From Betaproteobacteria bacterium RBG_16_66_20 (GTDB lineage Bacteria > Pseudomonadota > Gammaproteobacteria > Burkholderiales > SG8-39): a stretch of 53,032 bases of DNA. Every line of letters begins with the position of its first letter. Position 1 is the first letter of the stretch. The stretch spans positions 15,058 to 68,089 of the forward strand of contig MEQQ01000066.1 of the NCBI GenBank assembly GCA_001770285.1, read 5' to 3'. The position numbers were made by a program, and so were the translations under genes. Positions 1 to 11,278 of the stretch are shown in pieces. Below the pieces are notes generated by a model. That model made no database searches and was not told the origin of the DNA. It worked only from the letters and a program-made list of their open reading frames with translations.

Positions 1-1373
1 AGCCCCGCCTGCGCCTCGGCAATTGCGCGGTCCAGCTGCAGCACGCGTTGGTTCGCGGCGTTCATGCCAACCGCATCCGGCTCGGCGAGCGACTGCAGTT
101 CCGCGTCCAGCCGCGCGCGCCGCTGGGCCAGGGACTGCAGGTTGTCCTCGAGGTGCGCGACGTTCTGCTGTTCGAGCAGCAACCGGCTCTCGGCCTGCAG
201 CAGCCTGCTGCGCGACTCGTTCAACTGCTCCTGCAGGGCGCGATAGGCCCGTTCCGATTCGGGAAGGCGCGCGTTCTCCGCCGCCAGGCTGCCCTGCGCG
301 TCGGCGACGCGCTTCCTTGCGCCGCCGGAGCGCGCCGCCCACATGTGGAGCGCCTGGGTCAGCTGCGAGCGCTGCTCCCGCCAGGAGGCGAGCTGCGCGC
401 TGCGCTCGGTGTGCTGGCTCTCCAGGCGGTTGCGGCTCTCCTCGACATGCCGCAGCTCGGATTCATGGCGCGCGACTTCGGCGTTTGCGGCGTAGACCGC
501 CGCCTGCGCCGCATTGAGTGCATCGCCCGCGCCGTAATGCGCGACGCGCGCGGTCTCGAGCCGGTTTTCCACGTCCCGCAGTTGCGCCGTGCCGGCCTCG
601 ATCTCGTTGCTGACGTTCGAGATTTCCTTCGCATGCCGCTCGCGCTCGGCAGCCGCGTCCTTGCGGCGCAGGAACCAGAGCAGGTGCTGCTTCAGCTGCA
701 GCTCCTGTTGCAGTTCCTTGTACCGGGAAGCGACTTTCGCCTGCCCTTCGAGCTTCTCGACCTGGGTCCCGAGCTCGGTGCGAATGTCGTTTACGCGCGC
801 CAGGTTCTCGCGCGTGTCCGCGAGCCGGTGCTCGGTTTCCTTGCGCCGCTCCTTGTAGCGCGAGATGCCGGCCGCCTCCTCGAGAAAGACCCGCAATTCA
901 TCCGGCTTCGCCTCGATGACGCGCGAGATCATGCCCTGCTCGATGATGGCGTAGGCGCGCGGGCCGAGCCCCGTGCCGAGGAACATGTCGGTGATGTCGC
1001 GCCGCCTCACGTGCGTGCCGTTGATGTAGTAGGAGGACTCGCCGTCCCGCTGCAGCACCCGCCTGACGGAAACCTCGGCGTATTGCGACCACTGCCCGGC
1101 GGCGCGGCCAAGCGTGTTGTCGAACATCAGCTCCACGCTGGCGCGCGCCAGCGGGTTGCGGCTGCCTGCGCCGTTGAATATCACGTCCTGCATCGAGTCC
1201 CCGCGCAGGGCGGAAGCGCGCGATTCGCCCAGCACCCAGCGCACCGCGTCGATGACGTTCGACTTGCCGCATCCATTCGGGCCGACGATCCCGACCAGCT
1301 GCCCGGGGACGTGGATGGATGTGGGATCGACGAAGGACTTGAAGCCTGAAAGCTTTACCTGGGTGAGGCGCAC
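1..1373 (-). CDS. smc: Chromosome partition protein Smc, N-terminal part (gene runs off the window start)
   Basis: The minus-strand frame from GTG (1373-1371) reads VRLTQVKLSGFKSFVDPTSIHVPGQLVGIVGPNGCGKSNVIDAVRWVLGESRASALRG, with Walker A GPNGCGKS. Long coiled-coil-like sequence follows, open to position 1. It is absent from the ORF track because it has no stop in the window. The 48..1349 + ORF is its antisense shadow. Confidence 0.9.
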   Translation of the reverse strand, partial: MRLTQVKLSGFKSFVDPTSIHVPGQLVGIVGPNGCGKSNVIDAVRWVLGESRASALRGDSMQDVIFNGAGSRNPLARASVELMFDNTLGRAAGQWSQYAEVSVRRVLQRDGESSYYINGTHVRRRDITDMFLGTGLGPRAYAIIEQGMISRVIEAKPDELRVFLEEAAGISRYKERRKETEHRLADTRENLARVNDIRTELGTQVEKLEGQAKVASRYKELQQELQLKQHLLWFLRRKDAAAERERHAKEISNVSNEIEAGTAQLRDVENRLETARVAHYGAGDALNAAQAAVYAANAEVARHESELRHVEESRNRLESQHTERSAQLASWREQRSQLTQALHMWAARSGGARKRVADAQGSLAAENARLPESERAYRALQEQLNESRSRLLQAESRLLLEQQNVAHLEDNLQSLAQRRARLDAELQSLAEPDAVGMNAANQRVLQLDRAIAEAQAG

Positions 1374-1460
1374 GTAATGGAGCGTTTTCGCAGCGTTTTC
1401 GAATTTTGAAAATGATACCATCCGGATGCTCGAATTCCCCCGCAATCCCGAGCTTTTTCG

Positions 1461-1835
1461 ATGCCTTCGCGCCCAAACAAGCGTCTGCAAACTTTCGCCA
1501 ATCCGTCGCCGCGCCGCGACTACCGGATTTGCATGGAGATTCCGGAATTCACCTGCCTGTGCCCGCTGACCGGGCAACCGGATTTCGCCACCCTGTCGCT
1601 CGAGTACGTGCCCGACCGCCTGTGCCTGGAACTCAAGTCGCTGAAGCTCTACGTCTGGTCATACCGCAACCAGGGTGCGTTTCACGAGGCGGTGACGAAC
1701 CGGATGCTTGACGATCTGGTACGGGCGGCGCAGCCGCGCTTCATGCGCCTGACGGCCAAATTCAACGTGCGCGGCGGCATCCATACCAGCGTCGTCGCCG
1801 AGCACCGCAAGCGCGGTTGGAAGGCAACCGGCTGA
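1461..1835 (+). CDS. queF: NADPH-dependent 7-cyano-7-deazaguanine (preQ0) reductase, short YkvM-type
   Basis: ATG start. The product has [17 protein letters not shown] (catalytic Cys context) and [20 protein letters not shown] (QueF motif). Confidence 0.85.
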   Translation: MPSRPNKRLQTFANPSPRRDYRICMEIPEFTCLCPLTGQPDFATLSLEYVPDRLCLELKSLKLYVWSYRNQGAFHEAVTNRMLDDLVRAAQPRFMRLTAKFNVRGGIHTSVVAEHRKRGWKATG

Positions 1836-1842
1836 GCTTCGC

Positions 1843-3009
1843 TTGAACCCGCGCCTCGCCAGCCTGCAGACGTACCCGTTCGACAAGCTGCGCGCCCTGC
1901 TTGCCGGCGTCAGGCCGAATCCGGCGCTGCGGCCCATCGATCTGTCCATCGGCGAGCCGAAACATCCGACCCCGGCGCTGCTGAAGGACGCCCTCGCCGC
2001 CGCGCTCGACGGACTATCGGCCTATCCGCGCACCGCGGGGATTCCCGAGCTGCGCGCAGCGATCGCGGCCTGGGCCAGGCGCCGCTACGCGCTGTCTGCG
2101 CTCGACCCGGACACGCAGGTCCTGCCTGCCAACGGCAGCCGGGAGGCGCTGTTCGCGTTCGCGCAGGCCGTGATCGATCCGGCCGCGGGAAATGCGCGGG
2201 TGGTTTCCCCGAACCCGTTCTACCAGATCTACGAAGGCGCCGCGCTGCTCGCCGGCGCGACGCCGACATTCCTCAACAGCGGCATGCGATTCGGGCAGAT
2301 CGACTGGTCCGGGGTGCAGCTCGCCTACACCTGCTCACCGGCCAACCCGACCGGCAGGGTGATGCAGCTCGAGGAATGGCACGAACTATTCGAGCTTTCA
2401 GACCGCCACGACTTCGTGATCGCCTCCGACGAGTGCTATTCCGAGATCTACTGCGATGAATCCAGGCCGCCGCTGGGCGCACTCGATGCGGCACGCCAGC
2501 TCGGCCGCGCCGACTTCAGGCGCCTGGTCGTCTTCTCCAGCCTGTCCAAGCGCTCGAATGCGCCCGGAATGCGCTCCGGATTCGTCGCCGGCGACGCGGC
2601 GCTGCTCAAGCAATTCCTCCTCTACCGCACGTATCACGGTTCGGCCATGAGCTTGGCGGTGCAGCGCGCCTCGATTGCCGCCTGGAACGACGAGACCCAT
2701 GTGCGCGAAAACCGGCGCCTGTACGCTGAGAAATACGCGGCCGTTTTGCCTTTGATTCAAAATCCTTTGAAGACGGAAAGACCTGAAGGCGGGTTCTACC
2801 TGTGGATTCAGACGCCAATCGACGACCGCGAGTTCGCCCTGGGACTGCAGCGTGACTATAATGTACTGGTCCTGCCGGGCAGCTTCCTCGCGCGCGATGC
2901 GCACGGGGAAAATCCGGGCAAAAACCACGTCCGCGTCGCGCTGGTTGCAGCGCTTGGCGAGTGCGTCGAGGCGCTGGAACGGATCGGCGAATTCGCCGCC
3001 AGACTCTGA
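1843..3009 (+). CDS. dapC: Succinyldiaminopimelate transaminase
   Basis: TTG start. The N-terminus MNPRLASLQTYPFDKLRALL and an aminotransferase class I/II body with SLSKRSNAPGMRSGF (PLP-lysine region) fit this enzyme. It lies immediately upstream of dapD. Confidence 0.85.
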   Translation: MNPRLASLQTYPFDKLRALLAGVRPNPALRPIDLSIGEPKHPTPALLKDALAAALDGLSAYPRTAGIPELRAAIAAWARRRYALSALDPDTQVLPANGSREALFAFAQAVIDPAAGNARVVSPNPFYQIYEGAALLAGATPTFLNSGMRFGQIDWSGVQLAYTCSPANPTGRVMQLEEWHELFELSDRHDFVIASDECYSEIYCDESRPPLGALDAARQLGRADFRRLVVFSSLSKRSNAPGMRSGFVAGDAALLKQFLLYRTYHGSAMSLAVQRASIAAWNDETHVRENRRLYAEKYAAVLPLIQNPLKTERPEGGFYLWIQTPIDDREFALGLQRDYNVLVLPGSFLARDAHGENPGKNHVRVALVAALGECVEALERIGEFAARL

Positions 3010-3015
3010 GGAGCA

Positions 3016-3828
3016 ATGGATTCCATCAAGAAAACGATCGAGCAGGCCTGGGAAGGCCGCGCCTCGCTCAGCCCCGCCTCGGCGCCCAACACCCTGCGCA
3101 CTGCAGTCGAGGAAGTCATCGCCGGGCTCGACTGCGGAAAACTGCGCGTCGCCGAGAAAGCCGGCGGCGCCTGGATCACGCACCAGTGGATCAAGAAGGC
3201 GGTGCTGCTCTCGTTCCGCCTCGATGACAACAGGGTCATGGAGGGCGGTGCCACCCGCTATTACGACAAGGTTTCCTCGAAGTTCACTTCATTTGATTTT
3301 GACAAAGGGGGTGTGCGTGTCGTGCCGCCGGCGATGGCGCGTCGCGGCGCCTATATTGCAAAGAACGTCGTCCTCATGCCCTCCTACGTCAACATCGGCG
3401 CCTACGTGGACGAGGGCACGATGGTGGACACCTGGGCCACGGTCGGGTCCTGCGCCCAGATCGGCAGGAACGTGCATCTGTCCGGCGGCGTCGGCATCGG
3501 CGGCGTACTCGAACCGGTGCAGGCCGGGCCGGTGATCATCGAGGACAACTGCTTCATCGGCGCACGCTCTGAAGTCGTCGAAGGCGTGATCGTCGAGGAG
3601 AACAGCGTGCTCTCGATGGGGGTCTACATCGGCGCCAGCACCAGGATTTTCGACCGCGCGAGCGGCGAGATCCTCTACGGCCGCGTGCCTTCCGGTTCGG
3701 TCGTGGTGCCGGGCACCCTGCCCTCGCCGGACGGCCGCTACGGCCTGTACTGCGTCGTGATCGTCAAGCGTGTGGACGCCAAGACCCGGGCCAAGACCAG
3801 CCTGAACGAGCTCCTGCGCGGGGATTAG
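3016..3828 (+). CDS. dapD: 2,3,4,5-tetrahydropyridine-2,6-dicarboxylate N-succinyltransferase
   Basis: The product looks like DapD over its full length, including the left-handed beta-helix hexapeptide region ([45 protein letters not shown]). Confidence 0.95.
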   Translation: MDSIKKTIEQAWEGRASLSPASAPNTLRTAVEEVIAGLDCGKLRVAEKAGGAWITHQWIKKAVLLSFRLDDNRVMEGGATRYYDKVSSKFTSFDFDKGGVRVVPPAMARRGAYIAKNVVLMPSYVNIGAYVDEGTMVDTWATVGSCAQIGRNVHLSGGVGIGGVLEPVQAGPVIIEDNCFIGARSEVVEGVIVEENSVLSMGVYIGASTRIFDRASGEILYGRVPSGSVVVPGTLPSPDGRYGLYCVVIVKRVDAKTRAKTSLNELLRGD

Positions 3829-3861
3829 CGGCTAAACTAGGCGGCAGCAAGGAGAGCGCAT

Positions 3862-5058
3862 ATGTCGGCAATGAAGCGTCTGTTCCAGGTGATGGCCGAT
3901 AAGAAGGCGTCGGACATCTTTCTGTCGGTCGGTTCGCCGATCAACATCAAGATCAACGGCGTCGCGATGCCCGTCAACCAGACCGTCCTGAATGCGGATG
4001 CGGTCCGAACGTTGCTATATGAAGTGCTGACCGAGCGCCAGATCAAGGAATACGAGGAGGAGATGGAGCTGAACACCGCCTACGCCCTGGAAGGCGTCGG
4101 CGCGTTCCGGATCAGCGCCTTCCGGCAGAAAGGCACGCCCGCGGTGGTGGTGCGCTTCATCCCGGGCGAGGTGCCCGCGTTCGACACCCTGGGCCTGCCG
4201 GACGTGCTGAAAGAGCTGATCCTGCAGAAGCGCGGCCTGATCCTCATGGTCGGCGCGACCGGCTCGGGCAAATCCACCTCGCTCTCGGCGATGCTCGACC
4301 TGCGCAACCAGCAGAAATCCGGTCACATCCTGACGCTGGAAGACCCGGTCGAATTCATCTTCAAGAACAAGAAGTCGATCGTCAACCAGCGCGAAGTCGG
4401 CACCGACACCAAGAGTTTCGAGACCGCACTCAAGAACGCGCTGCGCCAGGCTCCCGACTGCATCCTGATCGGCGAGATCCGCGACAAGCAGACCATGGGA
4501 ATGGCGCTCGCCTACGCGCAGTCCGGGCACCTCGCGCTCGCGACTCTGCACGCCAATAACAGCTACCACGCCATGAACCGGATCATCAGCTTCTATCCGC
4601 TGGAGAACCGGCCGACGCTGCTGCTGGACCTGTCGGCGGCGCTGCAGGCGATCATCTCGCAGCGCCTGGTGCGCACCAAGTCCGGGAGCCGCAGGGCGGC
4701 CGTCGAAGTGCTGCTCAATACGCGCCACGTCTCGGAGCTGATCGAGAAGGGCGACATCAACGAAATCAAGGACGCGATGGAAAAAAGCATGGCGCCCGGA
4801 TCGCAGACCTTCGAGCAATCGCTGTTCAAGATGTTCATGGAAGGGCTGATCACGCAGGACGAGTGCATGGCGAACGCCGACTCGGCCACCAACATGCTGT
4901 GGCTGATCAACCAGGCGACCGCCGGCGAGATTTCGTCCGGCCAGGTGACGCCCGCGCCGGCCGGCCAAAAGACGGACGACAAGAAGGAGGCCGCTCTGTC
5001 CGCCACGGGCGGCGGCGGTGCCTCCTTCAGCGACTTCAAGATCGACGTCACCACCTGA
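3862..5058 (+). CDS. PilT/PilU-family type IV pilus retraction-type ATPase with a low-complexity C-terminal tail
   Basis: Walker A GATGSGKST, Walker B/Asp box ILIGEIRD and His box ATLHANN are present. An SD (AAGGAG) sits 7 nt upstream of the ATG. The last ~45 aa are Ala/Gly/Lys-rich. Confidence 0.8.
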   Translation: MSAMKRLFQVMADKKASDIFLSVGSPINIKINGVAMPVNQTVLNADAVRTLLYEVLTERQIKEYEEEMELNTAYALEGVGAFRISAFRQKGTPAVVVRFIPGEVPAFDTLGLPDVLKELILQKRGLILMVGATGSGKSTSLSAMLDLRNQQKSGHILTLEDPVEFIFKNKKSIVNQREVGTDTKSFETALKNALRQAPDCILIGEIRDKQTMGMALAYAQSGHLALATLHANNSYHAMNRIISFYPLENRPTLLLDLSAALQAIISQRLVRTKSGSRRAAVEVLLNTRHVSELIEKGDINEIKDAMEKSMAPGSQTFEQSLFKMFMEGLITQDECMANADSATNMLWLINQATAGEISSGQVTPAPAGQKTDDKKEAALSATGGGGASFSDFKIDVTT

Positions 5059-5068
5059 CGGGCGCGCT

Positions 5069-6196
5069 TTGCAAGGAGCGCTCGAACTCGCGCAGGAACT
5101 GATTCGCCGGCGCTCGGTCACGCCCGAGGACGCCGGCTGCCAGGAATTCCTCGCCACCCGCCTGGCAGCGGCGGGCTTTCAGTGCCAGCCGGTGCGTTGC
5201 GGCAGCGTCACCAATCTCTGGGCGCGGCGCGGCACCGCGCGGCCCCTGTTGTGCTTTGCCGGGCATACCGACGTTGTGCCGACCGGACCGCCCACCGAGT
5301 GGCTGAGCGACCCGTTCACGCCCACGATCCGGGACGGGCGGCTGTACGGGCGCGGCGCCGCCGACATGAAGTCCTCGATCGCGGCATTTGTCGTCGCCGC
5401 CGAGGCGTTCGTACAGGAACGTCCGCAGCACGCCGGATCGATCGCGCTCCTGCTCACCTCCGACGAGGAAGGCCCTTCGGTCGACGGCACGGTGAAAGTG
5501 GTTGAGCTCTTGAAGAAGCGCGGCGAGTCGATCGACTATTGCATCATCGGCGAGCCCTCCTCCGCCGCGGCGCTCGGCGACATGGTCAGGGTCGGCCGGC
5601 GCGGATCGCTTTCAGCCAGGCTCACCGTGCGGGGCGTGCAGGGCCATGTCGCGTACCCGGAGCAGGTACGCAATCCGATCCATCTTCTGGCCCCGGCGCT
5701 GGCCGAGATTGCCGCCACCAGCTGGGATAACGGCAATGAATTCTTCCCGCCGACGAGCTTTCAGGTTTCCAACCTGAACGCCGGGACCGGTGCGGAGAAC
5801 GTGGTGCCGGGTTCTGCCGAGATGCTTTGCAACTTCCGCTTCTCCACCGCGAGTTCCGAGAGTTCGCTCAAGGAGCGATTCGAGGGCGTATTGAAGAAAT
5901 ACGGCCTCGACTGCTCGGTCACCTGGACGCTCGCCGGCAAGCCCTTCCTCAGCAAACCGGGCAAGCTGACCGCAGCGGTGAAGCAGTCGGTGCGGGCGCA
6001 TGCCGGACGCAGTCCGCAACTTTCCACGGCAGGCGGCACCTCGGACGGGCGCTTCATCATCGACATCTGCCCCGAGATCGTCGAACTCGGGCCGGTGAAC
6101 GCCAGCATCCACAAGCTGAACGAGCACATCGAGCTCGCGGCCTTCGACAAGCTGCCGCGCATCTACCTCGACATCCTGCGCTCGCTGCTGCCTTGA
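5069..6196 (+). CDS. dapE: Succinyl-diaminopimelate desuccinylase
   Basis: This is an M20 peptidase: LELAQELIRRRSVTPEDAGCQ, FAGHTDVVP, SDEEG. The track start (GTG 5018) overlaps the upstream ATPase. An in-frame TTG at 5069 gives the canonical DapE N-terminus. The start is uncertain by a few codons. Confidence 0.9.
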   Translation: MQGALELAQELIRRRSVTPEDAGCQEFLATRLAAAGFQCQPVRCGSVTNLWARRGTARPLLCFAGHTDVVPTGPPTEWLSDPFTPTIRDGRLYGRGAADMKSSIAAFVVAAEAFVQERPQHAGSIALLLTSDEEGPSVDGTVKVVELLKKRGESIDYCIIGEPSSAAALGDMVRVGRRGSLSARLTVRGVQGHVAYPEQVRNPIHLLAPALAEIAATSWDNGNEFFPPTSFQVSNLNAGTGAENVVPGSAEMLCNFRFSTASSESSLKERFEGVLKKYGLDCSVTWTLAGKPFLSKPGKLTAAVKQSVRAHAGRSPQLSTAGGTSDGRFIIDICPEIVELGPVNASIHKLNEHIELAAFDKLPRIYLDILRSLLP

Positions 6197-7092
6197 GGGT
6201 CTCTGCGCTGCTGCGCGACATCGCGCGCCGCTTCGCCCGCGCCGGCCTGCACTACGGGCACGGCACGCACAATGCGAAGGAGGAGGCCGCCTGGCTGATC
6301 TCGTCGGTGTTGGGATACCTGCTGGAGGAGGAGGTAAAGCCCAGAGATCAAAAGAAGATCGACGCACTCGCGCGGCGCCGGATCCGCGAGCGCATCCCGA
6401 TGGCCTATCTGCTGAAGGAAGCCTGGCTCGGCGAGCACGCCTTCTACGTCGATCGGCGCGCGATCGTGCCGCGCTCGTTCATCGCCGAACTGCTGCGCGA
6501 CCGCCTCAGGCCATGGCTGGTGCGCGAACCGAAACGGGCGCTGGATCTTGGCACCGGCTCAGGCTGCCTTGCCGTTCTGCTTGCATTGAGCTTTGGGAAG
6601 GTCCGCGTGGACGCCGCGGATCTTTCGAGTGATGCGCTCGCGGTGGCAAGGAAGAACGTGGATCGTTACAAACTGAACAAACGCATCCGTCTCGTCAAAT
6701 CGGATCTCTTCGCATCCCTTGGCAACCGGAAGTACGACCTCATCGTCGGCAACCCGCCTTACGTGACCGCCCGCTCGATGCGCAAACTGCCGCAGGAATA
6801 CCGGCACGAGCCGGCGCTTGCGCTTGCGGCGGGCGAGGACGGGCTCGACGTGGTCCGCAGGATTCTCGCCGCGGCGAAGGATCATCTGACCCCCGGCGGA
6901 CTGCTGGTCTGCGAGATTGGCGGCAACCGCAGGGCGCTGGAATGCGCCCACCCGAAGCTTGAATTCGCCTGGCCGGAAACGAGCGCAGGTCCGGGCTGCG
7001 TTTTCATCCTCGAGCGCGAACAGCTGCCGCCCGCCGCCAGAACGGCTTCATCGTCTCGAACTCCCCCCAGGCGCGCGCGGCATGGTCGATGA
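6193..7092 (+). CDS. prmB: 50S ribosomal protein L3 N5-glutamine methyltransferase
   Basis: GHGTHNAKEEAAWL, IPMAYLLKEAWLGEHAFYVDRRAIVPRS, the SAM motif LDLGTGSGC and catalytic NPPY are all present. The proposed TTG start at 6193 overlaps the dapE stop (TTGA). The track ORF from 5827 is an in-frame run-on inside dapE. Confidence 0.85.
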   Translation: MRVSALLRDIARRFARAGLHYGHGTHNAKEEAAWLISSVLGYLLEEEVKPRDQKKIDALARRRIRERIPMAYLLKEAWLGEHAFYVDRRAIVPRSFIAELLRDRLRPWLVREPKRALDLGTGSGCLAVLLALSFGKVRVDAADLSSDALAVARKNVDRYKLNKRIRLVKSDLFASLGNRKYDLIVGNPPYVTARSMRKLPQEYRHEPALALAAGEDGLDVVRRILAAAKDHLTPGGLLVCEIGGNRRALECAHPKLEFAWPETSAGPGCVFILEREQLPPAARTASSSRTPPRRARHGR

Positions 7093-7894
7093 GTTCGCGT
7101 TCACGCGCTGCCAGCGTTGTCCGCAAACCCGCCGCGGACCTTCGCAACCGGGGATCACGCGCGAGTTCCCGCAGCAGCGTGCGCTGGACGGTGATGTCAT
7201 TCATCTCCCCGAGAATCTGCTGCAGCTTGCGCAGGCGCTTGAGATAGGGCCGCATTCTTTTGTGCTTCTGGTACGCCGCCGCAAAGCACTCGCAGCCATA
7301 GCGCAGGCGCTTCACCTTGACGCGCACCCGGTGGCGTTGCGCCGCATCGCGCCAATCGGCCTCCTCCGCATCCTCGCGCAGGCGGTCCTGAAGGCGCCGC
7401 AAGGCCCGGCAAGCGAACACGGCGACCGGCGCCCCGGGATCGGCGCCTGAGCGCCAGGGCGCGGCCTTCGCCCAGGCCAGCACAGCGCGCGGCGCCGTCC
7501 GGAACAGCGCCGAGCGCAGCATGCCGCGCGCACGCCGCCGTGCCGCCGCGCTTCTGCGCTGCGCCGCGCGCACCAGGCTGTGGTCGCGGTTCGAACGGCG
7601 GAAAACATCCCAGTCCCGCGCAGCGCCCAGCGCGCGCAGAATGTCGCGCAGCGCCTCGTCGAATTCGGCCGATTTTCGGCGGCGCAGCAGGGAACGAAAT
7701 GCGCGCAGCGTCGAGCGCAGCCGCCGCAGCCCGACCCGCAACTGATGCAGGTATTCGGGATCCCGTCCATCGGCGGCGCCGGCCGCGTTGGCGTCGATCA
7801 GCTCGAGCGCGGCCCGCACGTTGGCGACAAACGCTTCCCCCGCGCTTGTGCCGGCGGCAATGTCCGGCTTGCTCCACATGCGTGGGGGCTTCAT
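7004..7894 (-). CDS. CHAD domain-containing protein
   Basis: The product is helical and Arg-rich with CHAD-type repeats (YLHQLRVGLRRLRSTLRAF ... RHRVRVKVKRLRYGCECF ... LRKLQQILGEMNDITV). The start is set at ATG 7894 (MKPPRMWSK) because the longer track ORF runs through tRNA-His. Confidence 0.7.
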   Translation of the reverse strand: MKPPRMWSKPDIAAGTSAGEAFVANVRAALELIDANAAGAADGRDPEYLHQLRVGLRRLRSTLRAFRSLLRRRKSAEFDEALRDILRALGAARDWDVFRRSNRDHSLVRAAQRRSAAARRRARGMLRSALFRTAPRAVLAWAKAAPWRSGADPGAPVAVFACRALRRLQDRLREDAEEADWRDAAQRHRVRVKVKRLRYGCECFAAAYQKHKRMRPYLKRLRKLQQILGEMNDITVQRTLLRELARDPRLRRSAAGLRTTLAARERELIDHAARAWGEFETMKPFWRRAAAVRARG

Positions 7895-7908
7895 ATGCCT
7901 TGAGGGGA

Positions 7909-7984
7909 TGGGGTGGCCGATGGGACTCGAACCCACAACAACCGGAATCACAATCCGGGACTCTACCTTTGAGCTACGGCCACC
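7909..7984 (-). tRNA. tRNA-His (anticodon GTG)
   Basis: The reverse complement GGTGGCCGTAGCTCAAAGGTAGAGTCCCGGATTGTGATTCCGGTTGTTGTGGGTTCGAGTCCCATCGGCCACCCCA folds as a cloverleaf. It has the extra 5' G(-1), anticodon loop TTGTGAT, T-loop GGTTCGAGTCC and an encoded CCA. Confidence 0.9.
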
Positions 7985-8004
7985 GTCGTGTCGATCCGTA
8001 CTGC

Positions 8005-8081
8005 TGGCCTGCCCGGCGGGACTCGAACCCACAACCCCCAGCTTAGAAGGCTGGTGCTCTATCCGGTTGAGCTACGGGCAG
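8005..8081 (-). tRNA. tRNA-Arg (anticodon TCT)
   Basis: The reverse complement CTGCCCGTAGCTCAACCGGATAGAGCACCAGCCTTCTAAGCTGGGGGTTGTGGGTTCGAGTCCCGCCGGGCAGGCCA folds with a 7-bp acceptor stem, anticodon stem CCAGC/GCTGG, loop CTTCTAA and an encoded CCA. Confidence 0.88.
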
Positions 8082-8131
8082 ATTCGCTCGCTTCTGCCGT
8101 GCAGTTACACCTTCCCGTGCCGGGGCAGGCC

Positions 8132-8208
8132 TGGTCGGGGTGGAGAGATTTGAACTCCCGACATCCTGCTCCCAAAGCAGGCGCGCTACCAGGCTGCGCT
8201 ACACCCCG
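8132..8208 (-). tRNA. tRNA-Pro (anticodon TGG)
   Basis: The reverse complement CGGGGTGTAGCGCAGCCTGGTAGCGCGCCTGCTTTGGGAGCAGGATGTCGGGAGTTCAAATCTCTCCACCCCGACCA has the C1:G72 pair typical of tRNA-Pro, anticodon loop TTTGGGA and an encoded CCA. Confidence 0.9.
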
Positions 8209-8301
8209 AAAATCGGGCGCCAATGATACTCTTTTTTCGGCTTGCGGCAGGGTGGCATTTCTGCTACAAAGCCACCTTCATTTTTCAGGCCAAACGCTTA
8301 A

Positions 8302-8727
8302 ATGTCAGTGGAACTCTCACGCAAGAGCTTCGCACCCTACGCCCCGAAGAAGGGCGAGGAGTACATGAATGCGAAGCAGCGGTCGCATTTCCGCAAGATC
8401 CTGGAAAGCCTGAAAGGCGAGCTGTCGCAGGAGATCGACCGCACCGTGCACACCATGCAGGACGAGGCCACGGTGTTCGCGGACCCGAACGACCGCGCCA
8501 GCCAGGAGTCCGACATGGCGCTCGAGCTGCGCAACCGGGACCGCGAGAGGAAGCTGATCAAGAAGATCGACGAGACCATCGCCCGCATCGACGCCAACGA
8601 GTATGGCTACTGCGAGAGCTGCGGGGTCGAGATCGGCTTGAAACGGCTGGAAGCGCGCCCCACCGCCACGCTCTGCATCGACTGCAAAACCCTCGATGAG
8701 ATGCGCGAGCGGCAGGTTGCAAAGTAA
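8302..8727 (+). CDS. dksA: RNA polymerase-binding transcription factor DksA
   Basis: GEEYMNAKQRSHFRKILE, a coiled-coil tip with acidic residues (FADPNDRASQESD) and a C4 zinc finger CESCGVEIGLKRLEARPTATLCIDCK are present. Confidence 0.9.
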   Translation: MSVELSRKSFAPYAPKKGEEYMNAKQRSHFRKILESLKGELSQEIDRTVHTMQDEATVFADPNDRASQESDMALELRNRDRERKLIKKIDETIARIDANEYGYCESCGVEIGLKRLEARPTATLCIDCKTLDEMRERQVAK

Positions 8728-8745
8728 GTCTAGGAAGAACCCCTA

Positions 8746-10851
<2,106 letters not shown>

Positions 10852-10873
10852 AGGTGATCCTCAGTGTTTGGAC

Positions 10874-10908
10874 GCAAACAAAAAACGCTCATCGTTCCGA
10901 TGAGCGTT
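10874..10908 (-). terminator. rpsO terminator / pnp leader hairpin
   Basis: On the minus strand the stem AACGCTCATCG - GAA - CGATGAGCGTT (11 bp perfect, 10884..10908) is followed by TTTTTTGTTTG. It lies between the rpsO stop and the pnp start, as in the well-studied enterobacterial rpsO-pnp arrangement. Confidence 0.65.
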
Positions 10909-10950
10909 GGTTGCTACGGCATTCGGGAAAAAGGGAGCGCAGCGGAGCTG

Positions 10951-11220
10951 TTACTTGCGCAGCCCGAGCCGCTCGATCAGCGAGCGGTACTTGTCCGCAT
11001 CATTGCGCTTCAGGTAGTCGAGAAGCTTGCGGCGCTGGCTCACCATCTTCAGCAGGCCGCGGCGCGAATGAAAATCCTTGACGTGGGACTTGAAGTGCTC
11101 GGCCAGGCCGTTGATGCGCTCGGTGAGGAGCGCGATCTGCACTTCAGGGGAGCCGGTATCGTTTCCGGTCCGCTGATACTGTTTTACCACCTGCGCTTTC
11201 TGCGCGACCTGCAAACTCAT
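10951..11220 (-). CDS. rpsO: 30S ribosomal protein S15
   Basis: The 89-aa product is [57 protein letters not shown]... The start is set at ATG 11220, with GGAG 8 nt upstream. The track ORF is extended by 29 codons. Confidence 0.95.
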   Translation of the reverse strand: MSLQVAQKAQVVKQYQRTGNDTGSPEVQIALLTERINGLAEHFKSHVKDFHSRRGLLKMVSQRRKLLDYLKRNDADKYRSLIERLGLRK

Positions 11221-11278
11221 GAGCGTTTCTCCAAATCCATTCTCTACTCTCTTTTCGGGCTCGGTATGTGAGGCCGGC

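Noticed and set aside
1374-1460. A possible preQ1 riboswitch or other leader upstream of queF. The region is AT-richer and contains the repeated CGTTTTCG and a TTCGAA palindrome.
   Set aside because: I could not fit the preQ1-I/II consensus (no conserved stem-loop followed by an A-rich tail with the ACTAA-type element). It is most simply the divergent smc/queF promoter region.
7004-7092. An 89-nt tail-to-tail overlap of prmB and the CHAD gene.
   Set aside because: Both C-terminal tails lie beyond the conserved domains. They probably reflect delayed stop codons in GC-rich sequence. There is no evidence of function.
7004-8032. The track ORF of 342 aa for the CHAD protein.
   Set aside because: The first 46 codons read through tRNA-His (7909..7984). 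The real start is almost certainly ATG 7894.
7900-8300. The tRNA cluster as an integration hotspot for a genomic island.
   Set aside because: No integrase, no duplicated tRNA 3' segment and no compositional shift is seen on either side. The flanking genes (CHAD, dksA) look like core genes.
8209-8301. A promoter for the tRNA operon, and a hairpin GGTGGC-14 nt-GCCACC upstream of dksA.
   Set aside because: A TATCAT -10-like hexamer is present on the minus strand, but no convincing -35 element. The hairpin has a large loop and no clear role. The evidence is insufficient to annotate either.
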